DNA from: a virus
Lineage: Duplodnaviria > Heunggongvirae > Uroviricota > Caudoviricetes
IMG/VR virus record: IMGVR_UViG_3300031712_000052
Coordinates: 30,666 to 94,665 of that record
Direction: 5' to 3' (one strand)
Length of the DNA: 64,000 bases
A program made the translations under genes and the position numbers. Of the stretch, positions 56,284 to 64,000 are shown one piece after another. Below the pieces are notes generated by a model. The model was given only the letters and a program-made list of their open reading frames with translations, searched no databases and was not told the DNA's origin. Positions within the stretch are counted from its first letter, which is position 1. Each line of letters starts with the position of its first letter.

Positions 56284-56679
56284 ATGAATACGCTCAATAA
56301 TGGGCCATGTATTGGCGGGCACGCTTGGAGAAATATACGTTGTTGGTTCAGAGTGGGCGAGTACTTGTGTGCCAAATGTGGTTTCTTTGGTTTCAAGCGT
56401 GACAATGCCATAGTGCAATCGAAAGCACACATCGAGTGTGCTTGGTTCGAGTCAAATGAGATAGTCTTTGATTTGGATATGCCAGATGTCCTAACAGTAT
56501 CGTTGGACGGTTTGAAGTACTACACGTCTATGGCGGAGCCAGAACTGGACTACAGGATTAGTCAGTTCGAGCGTGGCACACGTATGTATCGTTTTCATGA
56601 AAGGAACAAATGGCATACATCATTGGGTATCTTACCCCAGGACAGGAGCAGGAACTTGCGCGTAGAGGCTGGGAGCTAG
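56284..56679 (+). CDS. Zn-ribbon module protein with CIGGHAWRNIRC...LCAKCGFFGF.
   Basis: Same module family as 53341 and 53603. Confidence 0.45.
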   Translation: MNTLNNGPCIGGHAWRNIRCWFRVGEYLCAKCGFFGFKRDNAIVQSKAHIECAWFESNEIVFDLDMPDVLTVSLDGLKYYTSMAEPELDYRISQFERGTRMYRFHERNKWHTSLGILPQDRSRNLRVEAGS

Positions 56680-57831
56680 AGGATGCTCCTTTTCCATTGA
56701 TTCCTGTCAATTGCGCCAGAGATGCGCGTACACGGTACAAGATGGTATGGGTAGATAATGACATGCTCAGCATCATGTCAGGGCCGGACTGGGACAAGGG
56801 CCCACCCAAAGAGACTGAGAGGAGGATACGCCGTGGGACATAAACGAGATATTCTGTGCGGTGAATCAGGTTGCCTAATAAGTACAGCATTCTGGAGGCA
56901 GTGCCCTATGTCATTGTGTGCACTAGATATAGGGTTCTGCCCAGAGCATGGTGGCGAAAAGAGGGCCGAGACCGAGATGCGGAAGCATTTGGAGCACCAC
57001 CCAGCTCAGGATGCCAGATGAGTACGAAGGTAACGAAGAGAGCACTTTGTGGTCAATGTACTAGTGGTTGGGTACCTGAAACACCGAAGACCTTTGATCC
57101 AGGTTGCCGTGGGTGCAAGAAGAAGCTAGCCAGTGGTCTCAGGACTGGCAAAGAGCCCTTACCACCCAAACGCGGTGGATGGGCAGTAAAGAAGCCCCAC
57201 ATGTCACCGGAGCGTTTCAAAGCAGCTGTGACAGGGCTGAAGCAAGTACGGCTAGGAAAACTAGGACCAGTAAGGTAAAAGGAGAGTCATGCTCGAGAGC
57301 GTACCGCCGGATGTCCATGACATCTACAAGAGAGTTTTGATCATGTTAGCCGTAATAGTGGCACTGATTTCAGCTAGGAAACTGTTCCCAGAATTCTTCC
57401 AGTGCCAGAATCCCGAATGTCAACGAACACACGTGGGGGAACCATGAAAGAGTATCTACCACTTATGGGAGGCATAGCTCTGATCTTAATTGCACACAGT
57501 CTTCGCTCCATGGAGCGAAGGGTGGCAGAGCTAGAGACTTGGATCAAGAGGCACAAGGCAATATTCAAAGGTAAGGATGAAGCATGAAGATCAAGAAGGC
57601 GAAGCGACCACCGACTTCTAGGTGGTCGATGCGGGTGGAAGAGTCATACAAGGGTTGCCGGGAGAGTGATAGGTACGTTCAGATCTTATTTGATGGTAAG
57701 GTCGTAGTGTACATGAACTACGCTCTGGGCAAGTACAGGGACGCAGTTGCAAAGAGGTTGGTGAGTGCTCTCAAGAAGGCTGGTGTAGTTGTGAAGCTTC
57801 CAGAGTTCAATGATGGTACGGAGCCGACAAC

Positions 57832-58371
57832 ATGAGCCAGCTGGAGTTTCCAAAGGGGCATCCTATTCACGAAGTGCCCCTACACGGCAAAGATCAGTTT
57901 GGGCATTTGCCCAAGAAACGGAAGAAAGGAGCTGCCAGCGTGAATAAACCTTTCCTCGGAGAAGCTGACTACCAGGCAGATTTGAATAAGGCCAAGAAAG
58001 AGCGGAGCAAAGAAGAAACACCACTGTGTGCGGGTTCCAAGAAGAGCCCCTACTGCAACCATTCTAAGAAACTGCACAGCGGCAAGTGGGGAAGTTGTAC
58101 ATGGCAGCAAGGTAGTCAGTTTTGCTGGTGCAAGAAGTACATGCCCCCCAAGCATCGGGAGAAGAAGAAAAAGCCGGCTTGGGCGCTCAAGCATCGGAAG
58201 ACCAAGAAGATCAAGTACTGGTACATCGACTATCACGATGGAGTGGTGTTTGTGATCTTAGGAGCAACTCTGACACCGTGGATGGATATGTTCTGGAGGG
58301 CAGCAGTGTCTGCTCTGAATACCTGCAATGCTACTGCATCAGCAGATCTAAGTGTATATGGGATCAAATGA
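57832..58371 (+). CDS. Lys-rich basic Cys-containing protein, possibly nucleic-acid binding.
   Basis: 179 aa with KKRKKG and KKKKP tracts. Confidence 0.45.
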   Translation: MSQLEFPKGHPIHEVPLHGKDQFGHLPKKRKKGAASVNKPFLGEADYQADLNKAKKERSKEETPLCAGSKKSPYCNHSKKLHSGKWGSCTWQQGSQFCWCKKYMPPKHREKKKKPAWALKHRKTKKIKYWYIDYHDGVVFVILGATLTPWMDMFWRAAVSALNTCNATASADLSVYGIK

Positions 58372-58609
58372 AAAACAAGAAAAAGATCGAATATAAGATA
58401 TCACTATCCTACCCAGTAGAAGAGTACCCAACATTAGACAAATTCTATGAGGGGTTGGTGGGTCGGAAGCGTGGAAGTTCTGGTTTGGGTTTCGGAAGAA
58501 GGGACATAGAGTGGTACACCAAGTCCAAAGACATGCGTACCAGGATATTCAACAAGCTGAAGAAGAATCTACGTCCGGGTGTAGAAGTTGATGTTATGGA
58601 GGTAGGAGT

Positions 58610-58900
58610 ATGAGTGAGATCAATATACATCTATCGAAGGCTACGAAGAAGCTTACTGCTGGTCTTTCATCAGGTGTGATGGCAGAGTTGACGTCGGATG
58701 AAAGCACTGCTCTATTGAAGGCTATAGAGGCCAAGGAAGAGATGGCAGCTCCCAAGACTCCGGTAGTCTTGGGAGTGCCAGGAATTTTCGTATCAAAGGG
58801 TAGTGTGTCGGTATTCCTTTCCTATGATCGAGAGCATGGTTTCTCGATGATTGCAATTGCACATCAGGCAAAGAAGCTACTGATGGAAATACTAGAATGA
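58610..58900 (+). CDS. Hypothetical protein.
   Basis: 96 aa. Confidence 0.4.
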   Translation: MSEINIHLSKATKKLTAGLSSGVMAELTSDESTALLKAIEAKEEMAAPKTPVVLGVPGIFVSKGSVSVFLSYDREHGFSMIAIAHQAKKLLMEILE

Positions 58901-59154
58901 CACTCATAGAGATGTGCAAGAGGCACGATTTTCTGGTGGGTGAGATCAAAAAGCGTTCGACAGCGCAGGGCTGCCCACCAGATATGCTCGAGCTCTCTGA
59001 CGCACGTAGAGCGTTGGCTAAAGACATGACCGAACTTGTGAAGAAGTATCTGAGTGCAATAGCCGGTAGGTTTATTATCCCGGCTATGGAAGAGGGAGAA
59101 TTGCTCTACTTCAATACGTGGTATAACCTCCATAGATTCACGGAGGAAGCATGA
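58897..59154 (+). CDS. Hypothetical protein.
   Basis: ATGA overlap. Confidence 0.4.
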   Translation: MTLIEMCKRHDFLVGEIKKRSTAQGCPPDMLELSDARRALAKDMTELVKKYLSAIAGRFIIPAMEEGELLYFNTWYNLHRFTEEA

Positions 59155-59747
59155 GCAAAGAAGAACAAGAACTGGTAGCAGTAGTTGAAGAGATACTTCA
59201 GCATGACCCACTAGCTAACACTGGAGCATTCCCCTGTGGTCTGTGTGGCCGACGGCAGACCCAGGGGCACTACTCCACTTGTCCTTTCATCAAGGCACGA
59301 AAGGCACTGGAAGGCTGGATCAAATCACAACAGAATAAGGAGAGTGCAATGACAGAAGAGCAGGCTCGAGTAATCCAAGAAGTGGCCCAAGAGATGTACG
59401 CTATTTCAAAAGATCATGGATTCCATGATAACGAGGCCCCGATACGCCCAAATGTAGTAGAAGAGGCTATGGTAACTCATGTTACCCTAAAGCAGCACAT
59501 GGGGGAGTGGATTGCCAATCTGCATGGTGAAGTTTCAGAGCTTTGGGAAGCGTACAGGAATCGCAAGCTATTCGCGAAGACCGAGAAGGCAGTAGACATA
59601 TCGAATGCGGAAGAAGAGCTAGCTGACACTGCAATCAGGTGTATGGACACAGCTGTGTCGTTGGGGGTAGATCTAGGTAAGGCCATCAGACTGAAGTCTG
59701 GCTACAACCGGAACAGGCCACACAAACATGGCGGAAAGCTGGCTTAG
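59151..59747 (+). CDS. mazG-like: MazG-like nucleotide pyrophosphohydrolase with an N-terminal Cys cluster.
   Basis: GEVSELWEA and EEELADTAIRCMDTA match MazG EExxE / EELxD motifs. Confidence 0.6.
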   Translation: MSKEEQELVAVVEEILQHDPLANTGAFPCGLCGRRQTQGHYSTCPFIKARKALEGWIKSQQNKESAMTEEQARVIQEVAQEMYAISKDHGFHDNEAPIRPNVVEEAMVTHVTLKQHMGEWIANLHGEVSELWEAYRNRKLFAKTEKAVDISNAEEELADTAIRCMDTAVSLGVDLGKAIRLKSGYNRNRPHKHGGKLA

Positions 59748-60021
59748 GGTCATGATCAACTGTCCAAACCCAGATTGCATGGAGAGGCTAGATTCAGAGG
59801 ACCGCGATCTATTTGAGATTCACGGTCCTCTGGTGTGCCCGTCATGTGGAAAGAAAGGCTGTAGTCAGTGTATGCCCTCTGGCAGAGGCTGCTTATGCCT
59901 CGAGTGTGAGGAGGCACGTACCTCTTTGCAGAAAGTACAAGGATTAGTTGATGGCAGCACAGCCGGTAGTACGAACAGTAGTCGAATGCAAGTCCTGCGA
60001 GAGTGTAGGACCAGATCATAA
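59728..60021 (+). CDS. Zn-binding small protein.
   Basis: Motifs CPNPDC...CPSCGKKGCSQC...CLEC. Confidence 0.4.
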   Translation: MAESWLRVMINCPNPDCMERLDSEDRDLFEIHGPLVCPSCGKKGCSQCMPSGRGCLCLECEEARTSLQKVQGLVDGSTAGSTNSSRMQVLRECRTRS

Positions 60022-60256
60022 GAGCTTTTTCTCTCTACGATGGCTCATAGAACTGGTCCTTGACTGTGGTCACACTGCAAACTTGAGATTGCCGTCAGGT
60101 CTTCTTCCTGGTCTGGTACGTAGAGATCCTAGTAACCTCTCTCTGTGGAAGGGTGAGAAGGTGGCTTGTCACCTGTGCCATAAAGGAACGGGGTAGCCCT
60201 TGCCAATGGTAGTGCATGGTTGTATTGTCCAGACATAGGCCGAGGGCAATACAACC

Positions 60257-61234
60257 ATGCACCCAAGAACCGTCATATTTGGTGGTACGGGCTTCATAGG
60301 AAGTCATCTCGCGGAAGAGCTGATCAAGTACAAGTACCCAGTTACCATACTGGGTAGGGATAGTAGGCGTCTCAGTACCCTGCCCCCACTCGTACAGAGT
60401 GAGGCTAACTTCATTGCGGGTGATTACAGAGACTCGTGGACAGTCTCTGGAGCTCTAGATGGGTGTGACCTGGCTATTCACGCCATATCTAGTACAGACC
60501 CAGGGCTGGGAAATCTAAATCCAGCAATGGACGTAGAGAACAATCTTGTGCCTATGATCCGATTCCTGGAGCAGGTGAAGGCACACAGGGTTAAGCATGT
60601 GATGTTCCTCTCTTCTGGAGGTACTGTATATGGCCGCACGACATCTCAAGTTACAGAGGATGATCCCACCAATCCGATCTGTTCTTACGGTATAGTCAAG
60701 CTGGCCATGGAGAAGTATCTCCACATGTACAGCGAGACCTATGAGGTCAGAAGCACAATAGTACGTCTAGCTAACCCATATGGTGAACGGCAGAATCCAG
60801 AGCGGGGGCAGGGCATTATATCGGTGCTTTTAGATCGAGTGGGTAAAGGTCTTCCTGTTTACATATACGGTAAGGGCGAGATCAAAAGAGACTTCATCTA
60901 CATTACGGATGCAGTCAAAGCTATGCACGCCCTACTTGAGGATGCTTATGCCAGACCTGCTTGTTCCGTATTCAACGTAGGAACTGGTATGGGAACATCC
61001 ATAAGCAAGGTGTTGAGTCATGTAGAGGCAGTCACAGGTAAGATGGCAAACGTAGAGTACCGTGACGCCAGGTCTGTGGATGTGCCTGTGAATGTCTTGA
61101 GTGTCCTAAAACTGATCAAGACCACTGGATGGTGGCCGTACTATAGTCTGTTCGATGGTATCTGTAGAACGTGGAAAGCGATGCAAGATGGACAAAATAT
61201 TTGTTCTGGGACTGCCACACTCTCGCACGATTGA
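60257..61234 (+). CDS. NAD-dependent epimerase/dehydratase of the extended SDR family.
   Basis: GGTGFIGSHL Rossmann motif and the YxxxK catalytic motif SYGIVKLAMEKY. Confidence 0.8.
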   Translation: MHPRTVIFGGTGFIGSHLAEELIKYKYPVTILGRDSRRLSTLPPLVQSEANFIAGDYRDSWTVSGALDGCDLAIHAISSTDPGLGNLNPAMDVENNLVPMIRFLEQVKAHRVKHVMFLSSGGTVYGRTTSQVTEDDPTNPICSYGIVKLAMEKYLHMYSETYEVRSTIVRLANPYGERQNPERGQGIISVLLDRVGKGLPVYIYGKGEIKRDFIYITDAVKAMHALLEDAYARPACSVFNVGTGMGTSISKVLSHVEAVTGKMANVEYRDARSVDVPVNVLSVLKLIKTTGWWPYYSLFDGICRTWKAMQDGQNICSGTATLSHD

Positions 61235-62348
61235 TCCCAACAAGTACGCTGAATTCTCAACCTGTGCCTTCACTGCAGAGATATGGAACCTCTGCAGGAT
61301 GTTGAGTGCACAGGGGTACCATGTAGTTCATCTTGGTACTGAGGGCTCCAATCCAATTTGTGCTGAGCAGGTGGATGTAGCGAGCTACAAGGATTTGGGA
61401 GATCTGTATGGCAGCCGGAAGATGACAGAGGAGTATGAGGCGTTCAAAACCGATGAACGCCACCTGGCCCATAAGATCAAGTTCATGAGCAATTGCAAGG
61501 AGGCCATCAAGGCGCGATGTGGTGCGAACTACACCTCTGTCGTGTGCTGTCCACTAGGTCAGGTGCATAGCATGGCTATAGAGGGTGTGGAACAGCTCAT
61601 TGTGGAGAGCGGAATAGGGTACCAGCACCCCTTTGCCAAGTTCCGTGTTTACGAATCCTATGCTTGGTATCACTACACTATGGGTGTGGACAGGCAGATG
61701 GGCGATACCTGGTATCACACAGTAATACCTTGTGCATTTGATCCGGCAGCCTATGGACCAGTAGTTCCCACGGCAAAGAAACTGAACTACTTTGTGATGG
61801 CTTGCAGGCTACACGATGACAAGGGGGTCAACATTGGTGTCTCAATAGCGCGAGAGTTGGGGATACCCATTAAGATCATAGGCCAGGGTGATGCAGGCCC
61901 CTACCTAGGGCCTGGGGTTGAGTACCGTAAGCCTATGAGCGGGCCGGAGTTAAGAGAGCTGCTGAGGTATGCCAAAGGTCTTTTCCAGCCTACTAGGTAC
62001 GTCGAACCATTTGGGAAGGTGACGATAGATGCAGGGTTATCGGGGTGCCCTGTAATCACAACAGACTGGGGTGTATTCACAGAGACCATTCAGCACGGTA
62101 AGACTGGGTGGAGGTGCAGGACTTGGGAACAGTTCAAGTGGGCTGCTCAGCATGTAGGAGATATAGACCCCAACGTATGCCACGACTGGTGTGCAGAGAA
62201 CTACAGCTTAGATCGAGTGGGAAAGATGTACAAGGAGTACTTCGACTCACTCCTCGATCTCAACAAGAGTGATGGATGGCACACAGACCATCCAGAGCGT
62301 ACTCAACTAGACTGGTTGACATTAGATCACTCAATGCTTGGAGGATAG
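61188..62348 (+). CDS. GT-B glycosyltransferase, GT4-like.
   Basis: EPFGKVTIDAGLSGCPVITTDWGVFTETIQHGKTG matches the GT4 E-x7-E region. The N-terminus is MDKIFVLGL. Confidence 0.65.
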   Translation: MDKIFVLGLPHSRTIDPNKYAEFSTCAFTAEIWNLCRMLSAQGYHVVHLGTEGSNPICAEQVDVASYKDLGDLYGSRKMTEEYEAFKTDERHLAHKIKFMSNCKEAIKARCGANYTSVVCCPLGQVHSMAIEGVEQLIVESGIGYQHPFAKFRVYESYAWYHYTMGVDRQMGDTWYHTVIPCAFDPAAYGPVVPTAKKLNYFVMACRLHDDKGVNIGVSIARELGIPIKIIGQGDAGPYLGPGVEYRKPMSGPELRELLRYAKGLFQPTRYVEPFGKVTIDAGLSGCPVITTDWGVFTETIQHGKTGWRCRTWEQFKWAAQHVGDIDPNVCHDWCAENYSLDRVGKMYKEYFDSLLDLNKSDGWHTDHPERTQLDWLTLDHSMLGG

Positions 62349-62664
62349 AAATGAAGAGTATATTCGCGTACAGCGTTTGCATGGTACTGATACTGGCGAT
62401 GATTCCCGTAGACCTTGTACGGCTGGGGCTAGGGAAGCTGTTGTACGGTGGAGAGGTCAAATGAGGCTGTTCGGGTTATTCTATGATCCAGACAGGTTGA
62501 TTTTAGATACTGAAAGAGGTCCTAGGCGTACACACAAAATCGAGGTTCACTTCAAGTGGGTAGACATGTGGGTGGGTGCATTCTGGGATCGTGATTTGCG
62601 GACGTTGTGGGTGTGTCCTTTTCCCATGCTAGCAATTCGTATTCTGTTTGGGAGGGCCGAATGA
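62338..62664 (+). CDS. Hypothetical protein.
   Basis: 108 aa. Confidence 0.35.
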   Translation: MEDRNEEYIRVQRLHGTDTGDDSRRPCTAGAREAVVRWRGQMRLFGLFYDPDRLILDTERGPRRTHKIEVHFKWVDMWVGAFWDRDLRTLWVCPFPMLAIRILFGRAE

Positions 62665-62870
62665 TCAATTTTGTACTAGGTATGCTTACTGGAGCTACGG
62701 CTTTGTTTGTTGTCTCCTGTGTTATAAACCACCCGATGTATACCGCTGCCTGTAAGCACTTGGCTTTGTCCAAGAAAATGCTGGATGAGCAGCAGCGAAT
62801 TTTCCAAAGAGTGCAGCAGAAACTGGATACCGGCAGATGCTCATGTGGCCACTGTGACTGTGCTTCATGA
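62607..62870 (+). CDS. Small membrane protein with a C-terminal Cys cluster.
   Basis: 87 aa with one TM helix. Confidence 0.4.
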   Translation: MGVSFSHASNSYSVWEGRMINFVLGMLTGATALFVVSCVINHPMYTAACKHLALSKKMLDEQQRIFQRVQQKLDTGRCSCGHCDCAS

Positions 62871-63346
62871 GCATCGTCGCTACACACAAGTGTCCAGGAT
62901 GTGGGCTAGCTCAGGACTTCATAGTAGACAACGGGATGATCTTACGAATCCCCAGTCAAAAGGAAGAAGACGAGAGACGTAGAGCGGTTTTGTCCTGGAA
63001 ATCTGACATTGAAACACACAGAGAAAGAATGGCTAGGGTAAGCAAGGAAACGGAAGAGATACTGAAGGGATGGCCTTCAGAGCAGAAGTATCAGCTTATA
63101 GGTCTGCTCAGAGATTTGTGGGCATGGTTGACCGGGCATACGAATGTCACACCTGGAGGACCTACAGAACCTCCTACCGACCTTAGATCTGTGTGCCCCA
63201 GAACTGGTAAGGTACGAGATGGAGACCTGAAGTACGCAGGATCTTGTGGTGGGTGGCAGTGTACCCACCATACATGTACAGGGGCTTCCTGTAGTCATTG
63301 CGGTGGAACTGGTAGATGCCCTGAGAAGGTGGCGGAAAAGAAATAG
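62867..63346 (+). CDS. Cys-rich hypothetical protein.
   Basis: 159 aa. Confidence 0.45.
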   Translation: MSIVATHKCPGCGLAQDFIVDNGMILRIPSQKEEDERRRAVLSWKSDIETHRERMARVSKETEEILKGWPSEQKYQLIGLLRDLWAWLTGHTNVTPGGPTEPPTDLRSVCPRTGKVRDGDLKYAGSCGGWQCTHHTCTGASCSHCGGTGRCPEKVAEKK

Positions 63347-63560
63347 TTGACAGTTTCCAGATTCAGGTCCAACCTCAAGGTTGAACATGGTCACCTTACT
63401 GCATACGCCAGAACCCACAACCCGTTTGGGCTGGGCAATGGTGTATGCAATCGCCAATTCCCCATCATGCCCGAGCTTTCAAAAACACCTAAAGCTCGGG
63501 CAGAGAGATAGAGAAGGTGGCTCAAGATGATACGGTAAGTCAAGAAAGAATTCATCCTGA

Positions 63561-63591
63561 GCCACCACTTGAAAGAGTGGTGGCTTTTTTG
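63561..63591 (+). terminator. Rho-independent terminator, GCCACCAC...GTGGTGGC followed by TTTTTTG.
   Basis: 8-bp stem followed by T6. Confidence 0.7.
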
Positions 63592-63627
63592 TTATAAGGA
63601 GCTCACTATAGATCAATAGCCAATTTT

Positions 63628-63706
63628 GGGCAGGACGCGCTAAGGTAGCCATGGTGTCTGTAAAACACTTGCTTCGGCACAGTGGGTTCGATTCCCACCC
63701 GGCCCA
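63628..63706 (+). tRNA. tRNA-Tyr with anticodon GTA and a long variable arm. The D-arm and acceptor pairing are imperfect.
   Basis: Anticodon stem GGTGT/ACACT, loop CTGTAAA, T-arm GTGGG-TTCGATT-CCCAC. One A-G mismatch in the acceptor stem. Confidence 0.55.
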
Positions 63707-63717
63707 CATGATCGTAA

Positions 63718-63789
63718 GTCGCTCTAACTCAACGGCAGAGGGTCAGCCTTTTAAGCTGATGGTTGTGGGTTCAAATCCCACGGGCGACA
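63718..63789 (+). tRNA. tRNA-Lys with anticodon TTT.
   Basis: Acceptor GTCGCTC/GGGCGAC, anticodon stem TCAGC/GCTGA, loop CTTTTAA, T-loop TTCAAAT. Confidence 0.75.
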
Positions 63790-63805
63790 CGAAAACAGAA
63801 TATAT

Positions 63806-63878
63806 GCTGCTCTAACTCAATTGGAAGAGAGCCTGGCCCTTACCCAGGTGGTTGTGGGTTCGAGTCCCACGGGCAGCA
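63806..63878 (+). tRNA. tRNA with anticodon CTT, Lys-like and carrying C33.
   Basis: Acceptor GCTGCTC/GGGCAGC, anticodon stem CCTGG/CCAGG, loop CCCTTAC, T-loop TTCGAGT. Confidence 0.6.
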
Positions 63879-63936
63879 CGAATCTTTGACAATGTAATAG
63901 TTGATCATGCGGCGGAGGAAACCACCTCCGCATTAT

Positions 63937-64000
63937 GCCCCAGAAGCTTGTGTGGACTGAGCGCGGCCCTGAAGAGGCTGAGGACACGGTTCGACTCCGT
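63937..64000 (+). tRNA. tRNA-Phe with anticodon GAA. The 3' end is truncated by the window edge.
   Basis: Acceptor 5' GCCCCAG, D-arm GCTT/GAGC, anticodon stem CGGCC/GGCTG, loop CTGAAGA. The T-arm CACGG-TTCGACT-CCGT runs off the window. Confidence 0.6.

Noticed and set aside
63628-63706. Calling tRNA-Tyr a confident functional tRNA.
   Set aside because: I kept it at moderate confidence only. The anticodon and T arms are canonical. I could not draw a standard D-stem, and the acceptor stem has an A-G mismatch. It may be a degenerate copy.
1-64000. The possibility that the window is ordinary bacterial chromosome with an integrated CRISPR locus.
   Set aside because: Gene density is high. There are dozens of tiny Zn-ribbon ORFs with ATGA coupling. 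Long co-directional blocks are present. Collagen-like and giant structural proteins and a tRNA cluster are present. Phage-type auxiliary genes (NADAR, MazG-like, purA-like) are present. No housekeeping operons are present. Together these fit a phage or prophage far better. I cannot tell from this window whether it is integrated or free.

Overview
This 64 kb window looks like a segment of a large dsDNA bacteriophage genome or prophage. The evidence is tight gene packing with ATGA-type overlaps, dozens of small Zn-ribbon ORFs, collagen-like and Gly-rich virion-type proteins, phage-type auxiliary genes and a tRNA cluster at the 3' end. I did not recognise a terminase, portal or DNA polymerase.

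Layout:
- Plus-strand block, 348-16416: large low-complexity structural-looking proteins, including a collagen-like protein and an 1138-aa protein. It is driven by a sigma70-like promoter with an embedded palindromic operator.
- Minus-strand block, about 47865 down to 16680: small accessory and early-type genes. These include a PurA-family adenylosuccinate-synthetase-like gene, a vWA-like protein, a J-domain/kinase-like fusion, a DEDDh exonuclease, an SPFH/NfeD/lipoprotein trio and a DnaJ-like protein.
- Second plus-strand block, 48327-63346: a NADAR domain protein, a family of Zn-ribbon repeat proteins, a MazG-like pyrophosphohydrolase, an SDR epimerase/dehydratase and a GT-B glycosyltransferase.
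- tRNAs at 63628-64000: Tyr, Lys(UUU), a second Lys-like and a partial Phe.

The main finding is an apparently complete but miniature phage-encoded type V CRISPR-Cas locus on the minus strand at 37909-41705. It has a 16-unit array of 36-nt repeats, of which three are truncated. It has a 558-aa RuvC/zinc-finger Cas12/TnpB-like effector, translationally coupled to an unknown 194-aa ORF. Immediately upstream of the effector sits an inverted-repeat-flanked structured region carrying a 14-nt anti-repeat. Next to that is a sigma-70 region-4-like regulator. I saw no Cas1, Cas2 or Cas4.

All functional calls rest on motifs read by eye. None has been checked against a database.
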